A stretch of 45,649 bases of DNA from Promethearchaeota archaeon (GTDB lineage: Archaea; Asgardarchaeota; Lokiarchaeia; Sigyniarchaeales; SOKP01), in contig JBHLPW010000044.1 of assembly GCA_048939015.1 (NCBI GenBank), positions 1-45,649 of the forward strand, in the 5' to 3' direction. The position numbers and the translations under genes are program-made. Numbering within the stretch: position 1 is the stretch's first letter; each line of letters opens with the position of its first letter. The notes under the pieces are model-generated. The model ran no database searches, was not told where the DNA came from, and saw only the letters and a program-made list of their open reading frames with translations. Positions 18,922 to 28,534 of the stretch are shown piece after piece.

Positions 18922-20418
18922 TTGTACTTTCACATGTCCCATCTAGAATCTAACCAGAATATCAATTTTGATAGATTATTTTTTCCTCAGTCTATAGGTA
19001 TAATCGGAGTTAGTCGTGATCCAGGCAGTGGTGGATTTTTTCTGAGATGTATGAAAAATAGGTTTAAAGGACCTATTTATTTATTTAATCCACGATTAGC
19101 GGGTCAAGATTTCTATGGTTATAAAATATATAATTCTATACTTGAAATATCTGATCCGATAGATTATGTTATTTTAGCAGTTCCTGCACGACTATGTCCT
19201 AAATTAATGGAAGAAATTGGTCAAAAAGGCATTCCTTTTGTGACTGTTTTTTCGTCTGGATTTCGCGAAGTAGGAAATGAATCTTTAGAAAAAGATCTTC
19301 TTGAAACTGCTAGAAAATATGATATTAGAATTATTGGTCCAAATTGTATAGGAGTATATAATCCACGTGGTGGTCTCTATAATGGATTTGAACAATCTAG
19401 AAAAGCTGGTAATTTTAGTGGTGTTTTTCAATCTGGAGGGATCGCACAGAATTTAGCGCAATTAGCCGTTTCCTATGGTCTCTATGTTTCGAAATTTATA
19501 TCAATCGGTAATTCTTTAGATTTGTCACCCGCTGAATTTTTAAAATACTTTCTTTCTGACGATTATTCCAAAATCGTAGGCTTATACATTGAAAATCTAC
19601 GGTCTATAGAACAAGGGAGAGAATTTATGAAGGCTATGCAAGAATGTAATTTAAATAGAAAACCAGTTATTCTGTGGAGATCAGGATATGGTGAAGCAAC
19701 AAAAAAGGCCATTCTTTCACATACTGGTGGTCTTGCGGGAAATAATGAAATTTGGCAGGCCGTAGGTAAACAAACTGGAAGTTGTATAGTAAGTAATTCG
19801 AATGAACTTACAGCATTAGCTTCAGCTTTTAATCTAACTCGATTACCTGATACTAGAAACATTGGTGTGATTGGGATTGGAGGCGGATCTACAATTGAAG
19901 CAATAGATATTCTTGAAAAATACAACTTAAAAATACCCAATTTGACAGAAAAAACAATTAATAAAATGAAGAGGTTTTTACCAGATGTTAATACAAATGT
20001 TACAAATCCTCTTGACCTTGGTAGTGCTGGAATTCAACCCAATATATATTATCGTACTATTTTAGCTTTAGATAAAGATCCCAACATTTCAGCAATTGTT
20101 TTTATAAAAGATCCTGAAAGATTTGGAGGCTTCGAAGAGTTACTGGAAGAAATGGGCTTTAAAGACATGGATCTTAATAGAGAGTTTATAAGATATATCT
20201 CTAAAGCAAAAAAAATATGTACAAAGCCTATGTACTGTGTTATGTTAAAAATTAATGAAGGTTTTGAAGAGTATAAGAGTCGGTATAAATTCAAATTGAA
20301 GCTTCTTAATCGCAATGTACCTGTATTTGAAAGTTTAGAATTGACAGGAACCGTTTTGGATAAAATCAATTCATATAGAGAATTTTTGCAGAAATACGGA
20401 AAATATCCAAAAAATTAA
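18922..20418 (+). CDS. ADP-forming acetate/acyl-CoA ligase family, alpha subunit (CoA-binding + ligase domains)
   Basis: RIIGPNCIG, QSGG, SIGNSLD, phospho-His motif SHTGGLAG, NPLDL; no ATP-grasp domain. Start may be ATG at 18934. Confidence 0.88.
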   Translation: MYFHMSHLESNQNINFDRLFFPQSIGIIGVSRDPGSGGFFLRCMKNRFKGPIYLFNPRLAGQDFYGYKIYNSILEISDPIDYVILAVPARLCPKLMEEIGQKGIPFVTVFSSGFREVGNESLEKDLLETARKYDIRIIGPNCIGVYNPRGGLYNGFEQSRKAGNFSGVFQSGGIAQNLAQLAVSYGLYVSKFISIGNSLDLSPAEFLKYFLSDDYSKIVGLYIENLRSIEQGREFMKAMQECNLNRKPVILWRSGYGEATKKAILSHTGGLAGNNEIWQAVGKQTGSCIVSNSNELTALASAFNLTRLPDTRNIGVIGIGGGSTIEAIDILEKYNLKIPNLTEKTINKMKRFLPDVNTNVTNPLDLGSAGIQPNIYYRTILALDKDPNISAIVFIKDPERFGGFEELLEEMGFKDMDLNREFIRYISKAKKICTKPMYCVMLKINEGFEEYKSRYKFKLKLLNRNVPVFESLELTGTVLDKINSYREFLQKYGKYPKN

Positions 20419-20420
20419 TT

Positions 20421-21872
20421 TTAAGCTGATTTTTGAAGTTCTTTTTTAGCATCTTGAACTATTTTATTTAATTCTCGTAAGATTTCGCTCTCAAGTGATT
20501 GAGGTTCATGAGATGCCAGAATCTCTTCCTTCCGTTCCTTACAAAGGCTTTCCATGCTTTTACTTCCCGTCTTTCTCCAAGGATCATAAATATCTCTATT
20601 TAACAGAGAAGGAAACCATAGTTCTTTTCTAAAGTGCCTACGAGTATGCCGTTTTTCAAGAAATGAGCCTTTTGGACCAACTTCTTGAATAACATCAAAA
20701 CCAAAAGTTTCAGAATCAAAAGTTATATCTCGATTAAGACTTTCTACATATGATATTATCTCTGACTGCATAACAAGCATATCAAGTGAACTTGCCTGAT
20801 CTACACCAGAAATGCCCATGTGCCCAAAAATATCAGCTCCTGTAGCAGATCCCAAAGCCAATGTCAATCCACATTCTAAACCTGCTTGAGCATCAGGTCT
20901 TTTTGAATCTGTAAGTCCTACATTTAGATAGACTGGAAATCCATAAAATTTTCCCATCTGAGCCATCGCAATACTGAAAAGCGCTTGTTCTGGACCAGAA
21001 AAGATTATTTGAACTTTTCTCATATCAAATGCATGGCAAATACCACCATAACATACGGGCATTCCTTCCTTAATAACTTGAGTAATGCATATACCAGCCA
21101 AAATTTCAGCATTTTCCTGTATTAATGTTCCAGCAATTGTAGCAGGAGCAGTTAATCCCATCTGAGCCATGGGACCAATCATTACCGGCATATTGAGTCG
21201 AGCAGTCTCGAATAAAAGATCAATACCATTAAAAGGAAAACTTAGTGGACTCACTGGTTCAAAAAGAGGGAAAGTTAAAGGATATTCAATTGCCTTGTTT
21301 TCATCTCCTCTCAGAGATATTGCAATTTCCACTAAAAATTTCGTTGAAGCTCTGTCATAAAACCAAAAATAAATTGGTTTAGTAGTATTTTTTATCATTT
21401 CAGTAGCTACTTTCACACAGCGCCATTCGACTGGAATCTCATGCGGATCAGCCATAGCTCCTGGAATTGTAATTTGATTCAAAGCATCAGAAAATCTCAC
21501 AGCAGTAGAAATATCATTTAAGGTGCAATACCTTCTTTCATCGCCAGGATTATCAATCCAAAAGGCTTGACCCGCAGTTGTATTATAATTTCGTTTCTTG
21601 ACTCCGAATTCAGCCTTTTTTGAAAGATCGCGACCATATATAGTAAAATCTTTTCTAGCTTTTGAGATAAGTTCGTTCACTAAATTTTGAGGTAATTTAA
21701 CCAATTGGTTCTTAAAATCTACACTTGCCCCTATATTATCCAACCGTTTTAAAACATCTTTATGTGGAACATTAATACCAATATTCTCAAGAATTTTAAG
21801 TGAATTTTCATGTATCTCATCAATTTCCAACCGATTAAGTATTTCTACTTTCATTTGTATCCCTCTTATCAT
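20421..21872 (-). CDS. Trimethylamine methyltransferase (MttB) superfamily, non-pyrrolysine member
   Basis: IHENSLKILENIGI, PVSPL, GLTAPATIAGTLIQENAEILAG, TDSKRPDAQAGLE, VGPKGSFL..RHT; no in-frame amber codon. Confidence 0.92.
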   Translation of the reverse strand: MIRGIQMKVEILNRLEIDEIHENSLKILENIGINVPHKDVLKRLDNIGASVDFKNQLVKLPQNLVNELISKARKDFTIYGRDLSKKAEFGVKKRNYNTTAGQAFWIDNPGDERRYCTLNDISTAVRFSDALNQITIPGAMADPHEIPVEWRCVKVATEMIKNTTKPIYFWFYDRASTKFLVEIAISLRGDENKAIEYPLTFPLFEPVSPLSFPFNGIDLLFETARLNMPVMIGPMAQMGLTAPATIAGTLIQENAEILAGICITQVIKEGMPVCYGGICHAFDMRKVQIIFSGPEQALFSIAMAQMGKFYGFPVYLNVGLTDSKRPDAQAGLECGLTLALGSATGADIFGHMGISGVDQASSLDMLVMQSEIISYVESLNRDITFDSETFGFDVIQEVGPKGSFLEKRHTRRHFRKELWFPSLLNRDIYDPWRKTGSKSMESLCKERKEEILASHEPQSLESEILRELNKIVQDAKKELQKSA

Positions 21873-21973
21873 ATAGTCCTAAAATCTATTTAAAAAAAAT
21901 TGTTTTATGTGGTATAGAATGTAAGTGTACTTTAAAAAAATATTATAAAAAAAAAGATTTTTATTTATTGAGT

Positions 21974-23353
21974 TTAAAATCCCACTTCTTTCAATTGCCT
22001 TTGAATATCTTGCATTATCTCTGGGGTTAGTGGATGCTTTAGATAGAATATTAAAACACATACTGCCAAAATGATTGCAGGGATTATACCCATATGCAAC
22101 CGTATTCCTATCTTGGCTGGCAATGTTTGAGTAGATGAACCTTCCTGAAATCCAGTGAGAATATGAACTATTGCAAATATACCAAGCTGAACAGCACGGG
22201 ATAATCTTGAGAAGAATGATTGAACTCCAACAGCTGTACCTCTTATAGGAGAACGTGTCTTGAGCATTCTTTCTTGCAATACCTCTGAAAAATAAATTGT
22301 CATAAGAGCCCAATAGTTTGCCATCATAAAACCCAAAATCGACATATAGATCATTGAGTCAATTAATCCTGTAAATAATGGCGTAATAAATGCTGATAAG
22401 CATAAAACTATCCCTCCGATCACAGCCGTCTTCTTGTTATTCTTCGTTCTCTTGGCAAACCAGATCCAAAAAGGTACACCGAAGATTGCAAACTGGAGAA
22501 ATGGAGCAAATAACAATATCATCCACCATTCAGGACCACCTAATAGAAATTCTGCCGCATATGGGACAGATGCTGTTAAAGAGCCTGTTACTATTTGAAA
22601 TCCAAAGAATAGAATAATATATGTTATAAAACTCTTTTGCTTAAGAGACACTTTCAATTCCGCGAAAAAATTAGGCCTTCTATATTCTCCTATATAATAT
22701 CGTTCTTTCAACTCAGTATTTTCATACATACCAGGGAGTAGTACAATTACTATTGTTGCCGCAATAGCTACAAATATCCATGCCATGAAAATATATGTAG
22801 ATGCAACAGCATAAGATATTAATAAAGGTGGTATAATAGATGCTACCGGTAGTGCTAGCATAGATAATGGTGTACCCCACCCTCTTGCTTTTCTCATTGC
22901 TTCGCCCGTGCGAAATTTATCATAAAAAAGGCTATCAATATTAACAAAAGCGAGTGATGTTAGAGAATCATATAAACAAGTCATTAAAACTACCCATCCA
23001 AAAACAGGTAATGGATTTGTAGCAGCATCAGTAACAGGAGGCATAAATAGAAAAGCGAATATAATTGTTGCAGGTATAATACCCATAACTATCCAGGGAA
23101 ATCGTTTTCCTATTTTTTTTGTGAATTTGGTATTTCGATCTGTTAAGAAACCTAGGAGTGGGTCGTCTATGGCATCCCATAAGGTAAAAATTAACATTGC
23201 CAGGAAGATATAAATTGTTTCCAAACCTAGAACCCTTTCGTAGAAGAAAAATACATAAGATCCAAAAACCGTCCATAACATCATACTCCAAAAGCCTGAA
23301 GAGCTATAAGATAAAATATTAGGAATCGAAGGTGTTTTGTATTCCTCACTCAT
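21974..23353 (-). CDS. MFS transporter, glycoside-pentoside-hexuronide (MelB/MFS_2) family
   Basis: WDAIDDPLLGFLTDR..GKRFPW signature; about 12 hydrophobic segments. Confidence 0.9.
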   Translation of the reverse strand: MSEEYKTPSIPNILSYSSSGFWSMMLWTVFGSYVFFFYERVLGLETIYIFLAMLIFTLWDAIDDPLLGFLTDRNTKFTKKIGKRFPWIVMGIIPATIIFAFLFMPPVTDAATNPLPVFGWVVLMTCLYDSLTSLAFVNIDSLFYDKFRTGEAMRKARGWGTPLSMLALPVASIIPPLLISYAVASTYIFMAWIFVAIAATIVIVLLPGMYENTELKERYYIGEYRRPNFFAELKVSLKQKSFITYIILFFGFQIVTGSLTASVPYAAEFLLGGPEWWMILLFAPFLQFAIFGVPFWIWFAKRTKNNKKTAVIGGIVLCLSAFITPLFTGLIDSMIYMSILGFMMANYWALMTIYFSEVLQERMLKTRSPIRGTAVGVQSFFSRLSRAVQLGIFAIVHILTGFQEGSSTQTLPAKIGIRLHMGIIPAIILAVCVLIFYLKHPLTPEIMQDIQRQLKEVGF

Positions 23354-23457
23354 TCGTTATCACTTTATTGTTGTTTTTAAATTTAGTATAAGTTTCAATA
23401 ATAGTTGAATTATGTTCTATATAAAGATTTAAAAAAATATATAGTTCAAAAAAAAAA

Positions 23458-24285
23458 TTATAAGATTTTTGGGGGTTCAGGAGGATTTCCTAACATTTCT
23501 GAAATTTGTTGCTGGAAATTATCAAAATGCCCTGGTAAAGTTTTTTGTACATAAAAGGCTTCAGCTGCTTTTAAATTGACGTTTTTACCTACTGCAATGG
23601 CAATAGAACGTAATAGCCTATTTGCATACTTGGTGAGCTTTTTTAATTCATTTGGAGACACATTTGTGGGATCAATATTAGGTGCAAATAATTGAGCTAA
23701 CAACTCGAGAGTAGCTTCAAATTTTAAAGCTGCCTCAACTTTCTTTTCAAGAGTAGATGATATATCTACAAAATAATTGGGTGGATGCCCTAGTTGTCCC
23801 ATTAGCCACACCTCAGAGCAACTATATGGTTCGATTCCCTCCTTTAGCTGATTAGAATATAGAAGAGGAAACGCTGAGAATGCTGCAGCCTCAGCTGCCA
23901 TTCTCCCTACAACAACATGGTCAGGATGGACTTCATAATTAACCCATGGATCAAATGTTACTACTCGATCTGCTTTAGTTTTTCTTACATAGAAAACAAG
24001 TTTTTCACGTAATTCAGTTCCATTGATAAATCCAGCGTCTGGATAATCTAAAACAATTGTCTCTTCCACACCTAATATGAGATTAGCAGCCATTAATTCT
24101 TTCATACGTTTTTCTGCAACTTGTTTTTTTGTTAAATCTCTCCTTAGTGTGCCCACTTCTCCCTTTGTGCAACATAAAGCATAAATGGAATGCCCTTCCT
24201 CAGCCCATCTAGCTAATGTACCAGAACAATAAAACGTCAAATCATCAGGATGAGAAAAAATAGCCAATATTCGCATAAAAATCAA
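23458..24285 (-). CDS. PIG-L/LmbE family zinc-dependent deacetylase
   Basis: FSHPDD, TKGEVG, R..E, HPDH, VDIS...KK motifs. Start may be the ATG of MRILA. Confidence 0.92.
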   Translation of the reverse strand: MIFMRILAIFSHPDDLTFYCSGTLARWAEEGHSIYALCCTKGEVGTLRRDLTKKQVAEKRMKELMAANLILGVEETIVLDYPDAGFINGTELREKLVFYVRKTKADRVVTFDPWVNYEVHPDHVVVGRMAAEAAAFSAFPLLYSNQLKEGIEPYSCSEVWLMGQLGHPPNYFVDISSTLEKKVEAALKFEATLELLAQLFAPNIDPTNVSPNELKKLTKYANRLLRSIAIAVGKNVNLKAAEAFYVQKTLPGHFDNFQQQISEMLGNPPEPPKIL

Positions 24286-24356
24286 TATTATTTCATTTCA
24301 TTTATAATATTTGAAAATAGAAAATCAATTAAAAAAGAATAAAAAAGATTTTAGAT

Positions 24357-26117
24357 TTATTCAGAGTCACCATATTTCTCTATCCAAAGAGGATCTTTAA
24401 TTTGTAAAGCTCTTCTCTGCACTTTACCTACCATAGATTTGGGGATTTCCTCGATAATTTCTATTTGTTTAGGACACTTATAATGAGTTATATTCTCTTT
24501 GCACCAAGCAATTAAACCATCAGAATCAATTTTACCTTTTGAATCATCATTTAACTGAACCCATGCTTTGACCATTTCTCCTGTTTCGGGATCCGGTAAT
24601 CCAGCAACTGCAACTTCAAGAACATCTGGATGAGTTCCTAGTAATTCCTCTACTTCCTTTGGAAATACTGAGTATCCTTTATATTTGATCATTTGTTTTT
24701 TCCTATCACGAATAACCATTTGACCCATCTCATCCATATAACCTATATCTCCAGTTAAACACCAAATCCTACCATCCCACTCCCGAAGAGTTTCAGCAGT
24801 AGCTTCGGGTCTATTCAAATAGCCTTTCATTACCTGTGGACCACAAACACAAATTTCCCCTGTATATTCAATTCCATAACCTTCCAATGGACCTTTACTA
24901 AAGTCTTCAGGGTCAAAGATAGCCCAATCTACACCAGGATATGGCAATCCAATCGTTCCAGGGGTATCCGTCCCATCAAAAGGTCCTGTGCTAACTGCTG
25001 TGGTACATTCGGTAAGACCATAAGCTTCAACTAAATTTCCTCCTGTTACAGCTTCAAAAGCATCCTTTACGGGCTTATGTAATGGTCCTGCACCACTAAC
25101 GCATAATCGAAACATATCTTTTAATTTGGGTTCGGGATTTTCTTTAAGATAACGAGTTAAACCAATAAAAAGATTTTCAACCCCAGGAATTATAACGCCC
25201 CCTTCAGGACCAACCTCTAAAATCATATCTACAACTTCTTTTAAGTCAAGTTCTCTTTTAGCATAAAGAATACTAAAATCTCCCCCTTCTATTACTACGT
25301 TTTGGACAATTGTCATTCCAAAAGCATGAAATGTTGGTATGATTCCTATACAAGCCATTGGATGTTCAGCATCTGGCATCCACATTACATTTTGTTTAGC
25401 ATTAGTTACGCAATTATAATGGGTTAGAATTGCGGGTTTAGGCACTCCAGTCGTACCACCTGTCATTAAATAAACAGCTGTGTCATTTAAGGGATTAATT
25501 TCAACCTTAGGAATGTCAACCTCCCCTCGTTTTTGGCATACATCTAGAAAGTTTATGGCACCTGGAACTTCACCATAAGGAATTGTGCCATCTGCGATTA
25601 ATTGTTCTTTAACAACGGGGGGAATAGCTGCTAAATCAACAATGCACGTAGAAATAATAAAATCAAACTTATATTTTTCCTGTATAGGTTTAATAAGACC
25701 ATACATAACATCCATACATAGAAGTCCTTTTGGTTTGACTTGTTCGAGTACATTAAGGATTTCCAAAGGTTTGTAGGTCGGATTGAGTGGAAGCACAATC
25801 CCTCCCAGTTTAACAGTTGCAAAATAACAAATTGTAAATTGAAAGCAGTTCGGTAAAAGTATAGCAACAACATCACCTTTCTTTATTCCCAAGCGGGATA
25901 ATGATGTTGCAAAAGAATCTGTATACTTTCTTAAAATACGATAATTCATAAATGTTTTAGAAAAGTATATTGCTTTATTTTTAGCAAATTCTTCAGTTTT
26001 TTGATCAAACCAATCTCCTAGGCTAATAACTGGAAATTCAGGGTGTTTTGGAACGCCTTTTTGATACTTTTTGAACCAAGGTTTATTATCATCAACATAC
26101 CATTTGGGCACATTCAT
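24357..26117 (-). CDS. Long-chain fatty acid--CoA ligase (AMP-binding, FadD-like)
   Basis: MTGGTTGVPK, EAYGLTE, GPQVMKGY, TGDIG, DRKKQMIKYKGYSVFPKEVE, PKSMVGKVQR. Confidence 0.92.
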   Translation of the reverse strand: MNVPKWYVDDNKPWFKKYQKGVPKHPEFPVISLGDWFDQKTEEFAKNKAIYFSKTFMNYRILRKYTDSFATSLSRLGIKKGDVVAILLPNCFQFTICYFATVKLGGIVLPLNPTYKPLEILNVLEQVKPKGLLCMDVMYGLIKPIQEKYKFDFIISTCIVDLAAIPPVVKEQLIADGTIPYGEVPGAINFLDVCQKRGEVDIPKVEINPLNDTAVYLMTGGTTGVPKPAILTHYNCVTNAKQNVMWMPDAEHPMACIGIIPTFHAFGMTIVQNVVIEGGDFSILYAKRELDLKEVVDMILEVGPEGGVIIPGVENLFIGLTRYLKENPEPKLKDMFRLCVSGAGPLHKPVKDAFEAVTGGNLVEAYGLTECTTAVSTGPFDGTDTPGTIGLPYPGVDWAIFDPEDFSKGPLEGYGIEYTGEICVCGPQVMKGYLNRPEATAETLREWDGRIWCLTGDIGYMDEMGQMVIRDRKKQMIKYKGYSVFPKEVEELLGTHPDVLEVAVAGLPDPETGEMVKAWVQLNDDSKGKIDSDGLIAWCKENITHYKCPKQIEIIEEIPKSMVGKVQRRALQIKDPLWIEKYGDSE

Positions 26118-26242
26118 ATTATTTCCACTTACTTTTTTTTAGATTTACATCCATTTAAAATAATTTGTTGAAATTATTAATAAATGTTTGTGAATCCAGT
26201 TAAATTCAAAAAATAAAGAAATTCATTACTAAAAAGTATTAA

Positions 26243-27043
26243 TTAACTTTTATATTCTACATCTATAGGCCTTCCTGGACTGCCTTGGTAATATAACTTT
26301 CCGGGTTTACCTCTCCAATTTTTATGTAATACTGTGTTGGGATATATTACATTATCATCTGTACTCAGAGCTCCACATCCCATTATTGTTCCAGGATAGA
26401 AAGTATTGTTTTTACCTATTTTTATTTCAATCATTGTGATTTTTCCAAAAATCGTATTTACAGCATGGCTAGAAAGACTGCTTGTGGGATAAAAAAACGT
26501 ATTATCCTCAATATCGGTGAATTCTAAACCCACATATGCATCATTATAAAGAACATTCTTGCCAATTTTATTATGACTAATTCTACGTAATGCTCGATTA
26601 ATAAGCCAAGGGAATGGAGATTTTGATGTTAACCACATAGGGAATTTTATAATAAATCCTCTTTTATGGTAATATTTCATTAATTTTCCTTCCTCACTAT
26701 TCACATCATCGAGCACACGTTTAAAAACACCTTGCTTAGGAGGAGATTTTTTATTCCAACTTCGAGCCCATAAAGCAGTAAATTCAATTAAAACAATTAG
26801 ATAAATATAATAAAGAGTCAAAAAAACAAATGGTAATATAAAAATATGTATAATTGGGGCGATAGAGAGCAGATTTATGACTCCAAATTCAAATAGTAAG
26901 AAAAGCCCTAAACATACATAAAAAGGTACTAAAAAGCTTATGAAATTTATCTTAAAAAAGTCTAAAGCAGGAAGTTCCACTGTTTTTTCTAGTTTTTCTT
27001 CAAAAGTTAGATTTTCATCATTTTCTTGTTTATCAGCTTTCAT
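26243..27043 (-). CDS. Membrane protein with C-terminal left-handed beta-helix (hexapeptide acyltransferase-like) domain
   Basis: Two N-terminal TM helices, then KIGKNV / IEDNT / KIGKNN hexapeptide turns and a terminal YQGSPGR. Confidence 0.7.
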   Translation of the reverse strand: MKADKQENDENLTFEEKLEKTVELPALDFFKINFISFLVPFYVCLGLFLLFEFGVINLLSIAPIIHIFILPFVFLTLYYIYLIVLIEFTALWARSWNKKSPPKQGVFKRVLDDVNSEEGKLMKYYHKRGFIIKFPMWLTSKSPFPWLINRALRRISHNKIGKNVLYNDAYVGLEFTDIEDNTFFYPTSSLSSHAVNTIFGKITMIEIKIGKNNTFYPGTIMGCGALSTDDNVIYPNTVLHKNWRGKPGKLYYQGSPGRPIDVEYKS

Positions 27044-27206
27044 AATACTATATTTGAATGTTGCATATAAAAAAATTACTTATGATTCTTCTTATTATAC
27101 TCAATTTAATTATTTATAGAATAAAATCCAAACTTTTTAAGTAAATAATTAATTTGATTTTTCAATTTAGGAGGTATTTCAATTTTAATTAAAGATAGGA
27201 ATAATC

Positions 27207-28424
27207 ATGGGAATAACGATCTTTAAGTATCCGAACTTAGCTCCATTATGGATAGCCGTTTTTATTGATATTATAGGCTTTTCTATGATTCTCCCAATGG
27301 GACCCTTTATTGCGGAAAGTTTTTCTATTCCTATTTTTATTATGGGCATCATACTCTCTGTAAATGCTATTTTTTCTTTCATTTTTGGACCGATCTTAGG
27401 AAAACTTAGTGATAAGTTCGGGAGAAGGCCTTTACTTTTAATTTCACAAGCGGGAACATTTGCGGGATTCATAATACTTGCGTTTTCTGGTTCAATATGG
27501 TTATTAATTGTCTCTAGAATTATTGATGGAATTTTCGGAGGAAATTTTCCTATTGCTAAAGCAGTAATTGGTGATGAAGTACCTCCAAAAGATAGAAGTA
27601 TTCAAATGGCAAATATTGGAGTCGCACATGTTTTAGCTTCTCTTATTGGTCCTGGTTTGGGAGGGACTCTTTTTAGTATTGGTGGTTTATTATTACCTGG
27701 ATTATTCGCAGCTGGATTATCTCTATTCACAATGATTATTACTATATTTATTTTAAATGAAACATGGCCAAAGGAAAAACGCGAATTAAACCATGAATTA
27801 AAGAAGAACATTGTTTCTCATATTAGAAAAAATAAAGCTGCAATGTGGTATCTTACACTATGGGGTTTTCATACCGCATCATTTATGATTGCTATGGCAT
27901 CACTTTCCTTTTTTGCACAGATTGTTTTTGGAATAAATGCTTTTCAGATTGGTATTCTTTTAATGATAACAGGTATTTTCCGAGCAATAGTACGTTTTAC
28001 TCTGTTTAAACCAACAATCAAAAAACTCGGGGAAAATAATGCTATAAAGCTGGGTTTAACATTATTTCTGATTTCATTCTTTATTATTGGATTCTCTATT
28101 AATTTAATAATGTTTTTTGCCTTAGCAATGATTATAAGCTTTGCTGCATCTTTAACTCGTGGACCATTAAATAGTAAAATTAGCCAGTCAGTATCTCCTA
28201 TGGAACAAGGAAAAATAAATGGGTATTCCTCAGGGTTAGACAGTTTTGCTCAAATTATTGGACCTTTACTTAGTACATTCATACTGAACTTTTTTATGCC
28301 ATTTTATCTTAGTTTTCTTATCAGTTCGGTTGCTTTAGTTCCCTTCTTAATGGGTTTTAAAACAATTCAATTGAAGAAATACGAGATGCCTAAATTAAGT
28401 CAAGAAAAATTAATTGAAGAATAG
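27207..28424 (+). CDS. MFS transporter, TetA/DHA1-like
   Basis: FIDIIGFSMILP, motif A GKLSDKFGRRP, SRIIDG, GPGLGG. Confidence 0.92.
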   Translation: MGITIFKYPNLAPLWIAVFIDIIGFSMILPMGPFIAESFSIPIFIMGIILSVNAIFSFIFGPILGKLSDKFGRRPLLLISQAGTFAGFIILAFSGSIWLLIVSRIIDGIFGGNFPIAKAVIGDEVPPKDRSIQMANIGVAHVLASLIGPGLGGTLFSIGGLLLPGLFAAGLSLFTMIITIFILNETWPKEKRELNHELKKNIVSHIRKNKAAMWYLTLWGFHTASFMIAMASLSFFAQIVFGINAFQIGILLMITGIFRAIVRFTLFKPTIKKLGENNAIKLGLTLFLISFFIIGFSINLIMFFALAMIISFAASLTRGPLNSKISQSVSPMEQGKINGYSSGLDSFAQIIGPLLSTFILNFFMPFYLSFLISSVALVPFLMGFKTIQLKKYEMPKLSQEKLIEE

Positions 28425-28534
28425 CTATAACGAATTTCTTTAATAATTTTAAGAATCTATAATTAGAACAAATGGTAAAAAAATCTAGTTTTGGATAATT
28501 AGATTAATAATTAAAAAAAATTTTTATTATTTTT

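Noticed and set aside
20421-21872. Possible pyrrolysine recoding in MttB
   Set aside because: The ORF is uninterrupted and the equivalent codon is CTT (Leu).
13474-24285. Mycothiol/bacillithiol-like pathway (MshD-like tandem GNAT + MshB/BshB-like deacetylase)
   Set aside because: The genes are 9 kb apart, no glycosyltransferase or cysteine ligase is present, and both families are functionally broad.
27169-27206. Perfect SD (AGGAGGT) about 30 nt upstream of the TetA-like MFS start, suggesting an N-terminal extension
   Set aside because: An in-frame TAA at 27186-27188 blocks extension; only a tiny out-of-frame ATT-started ORF is possible, with no support.
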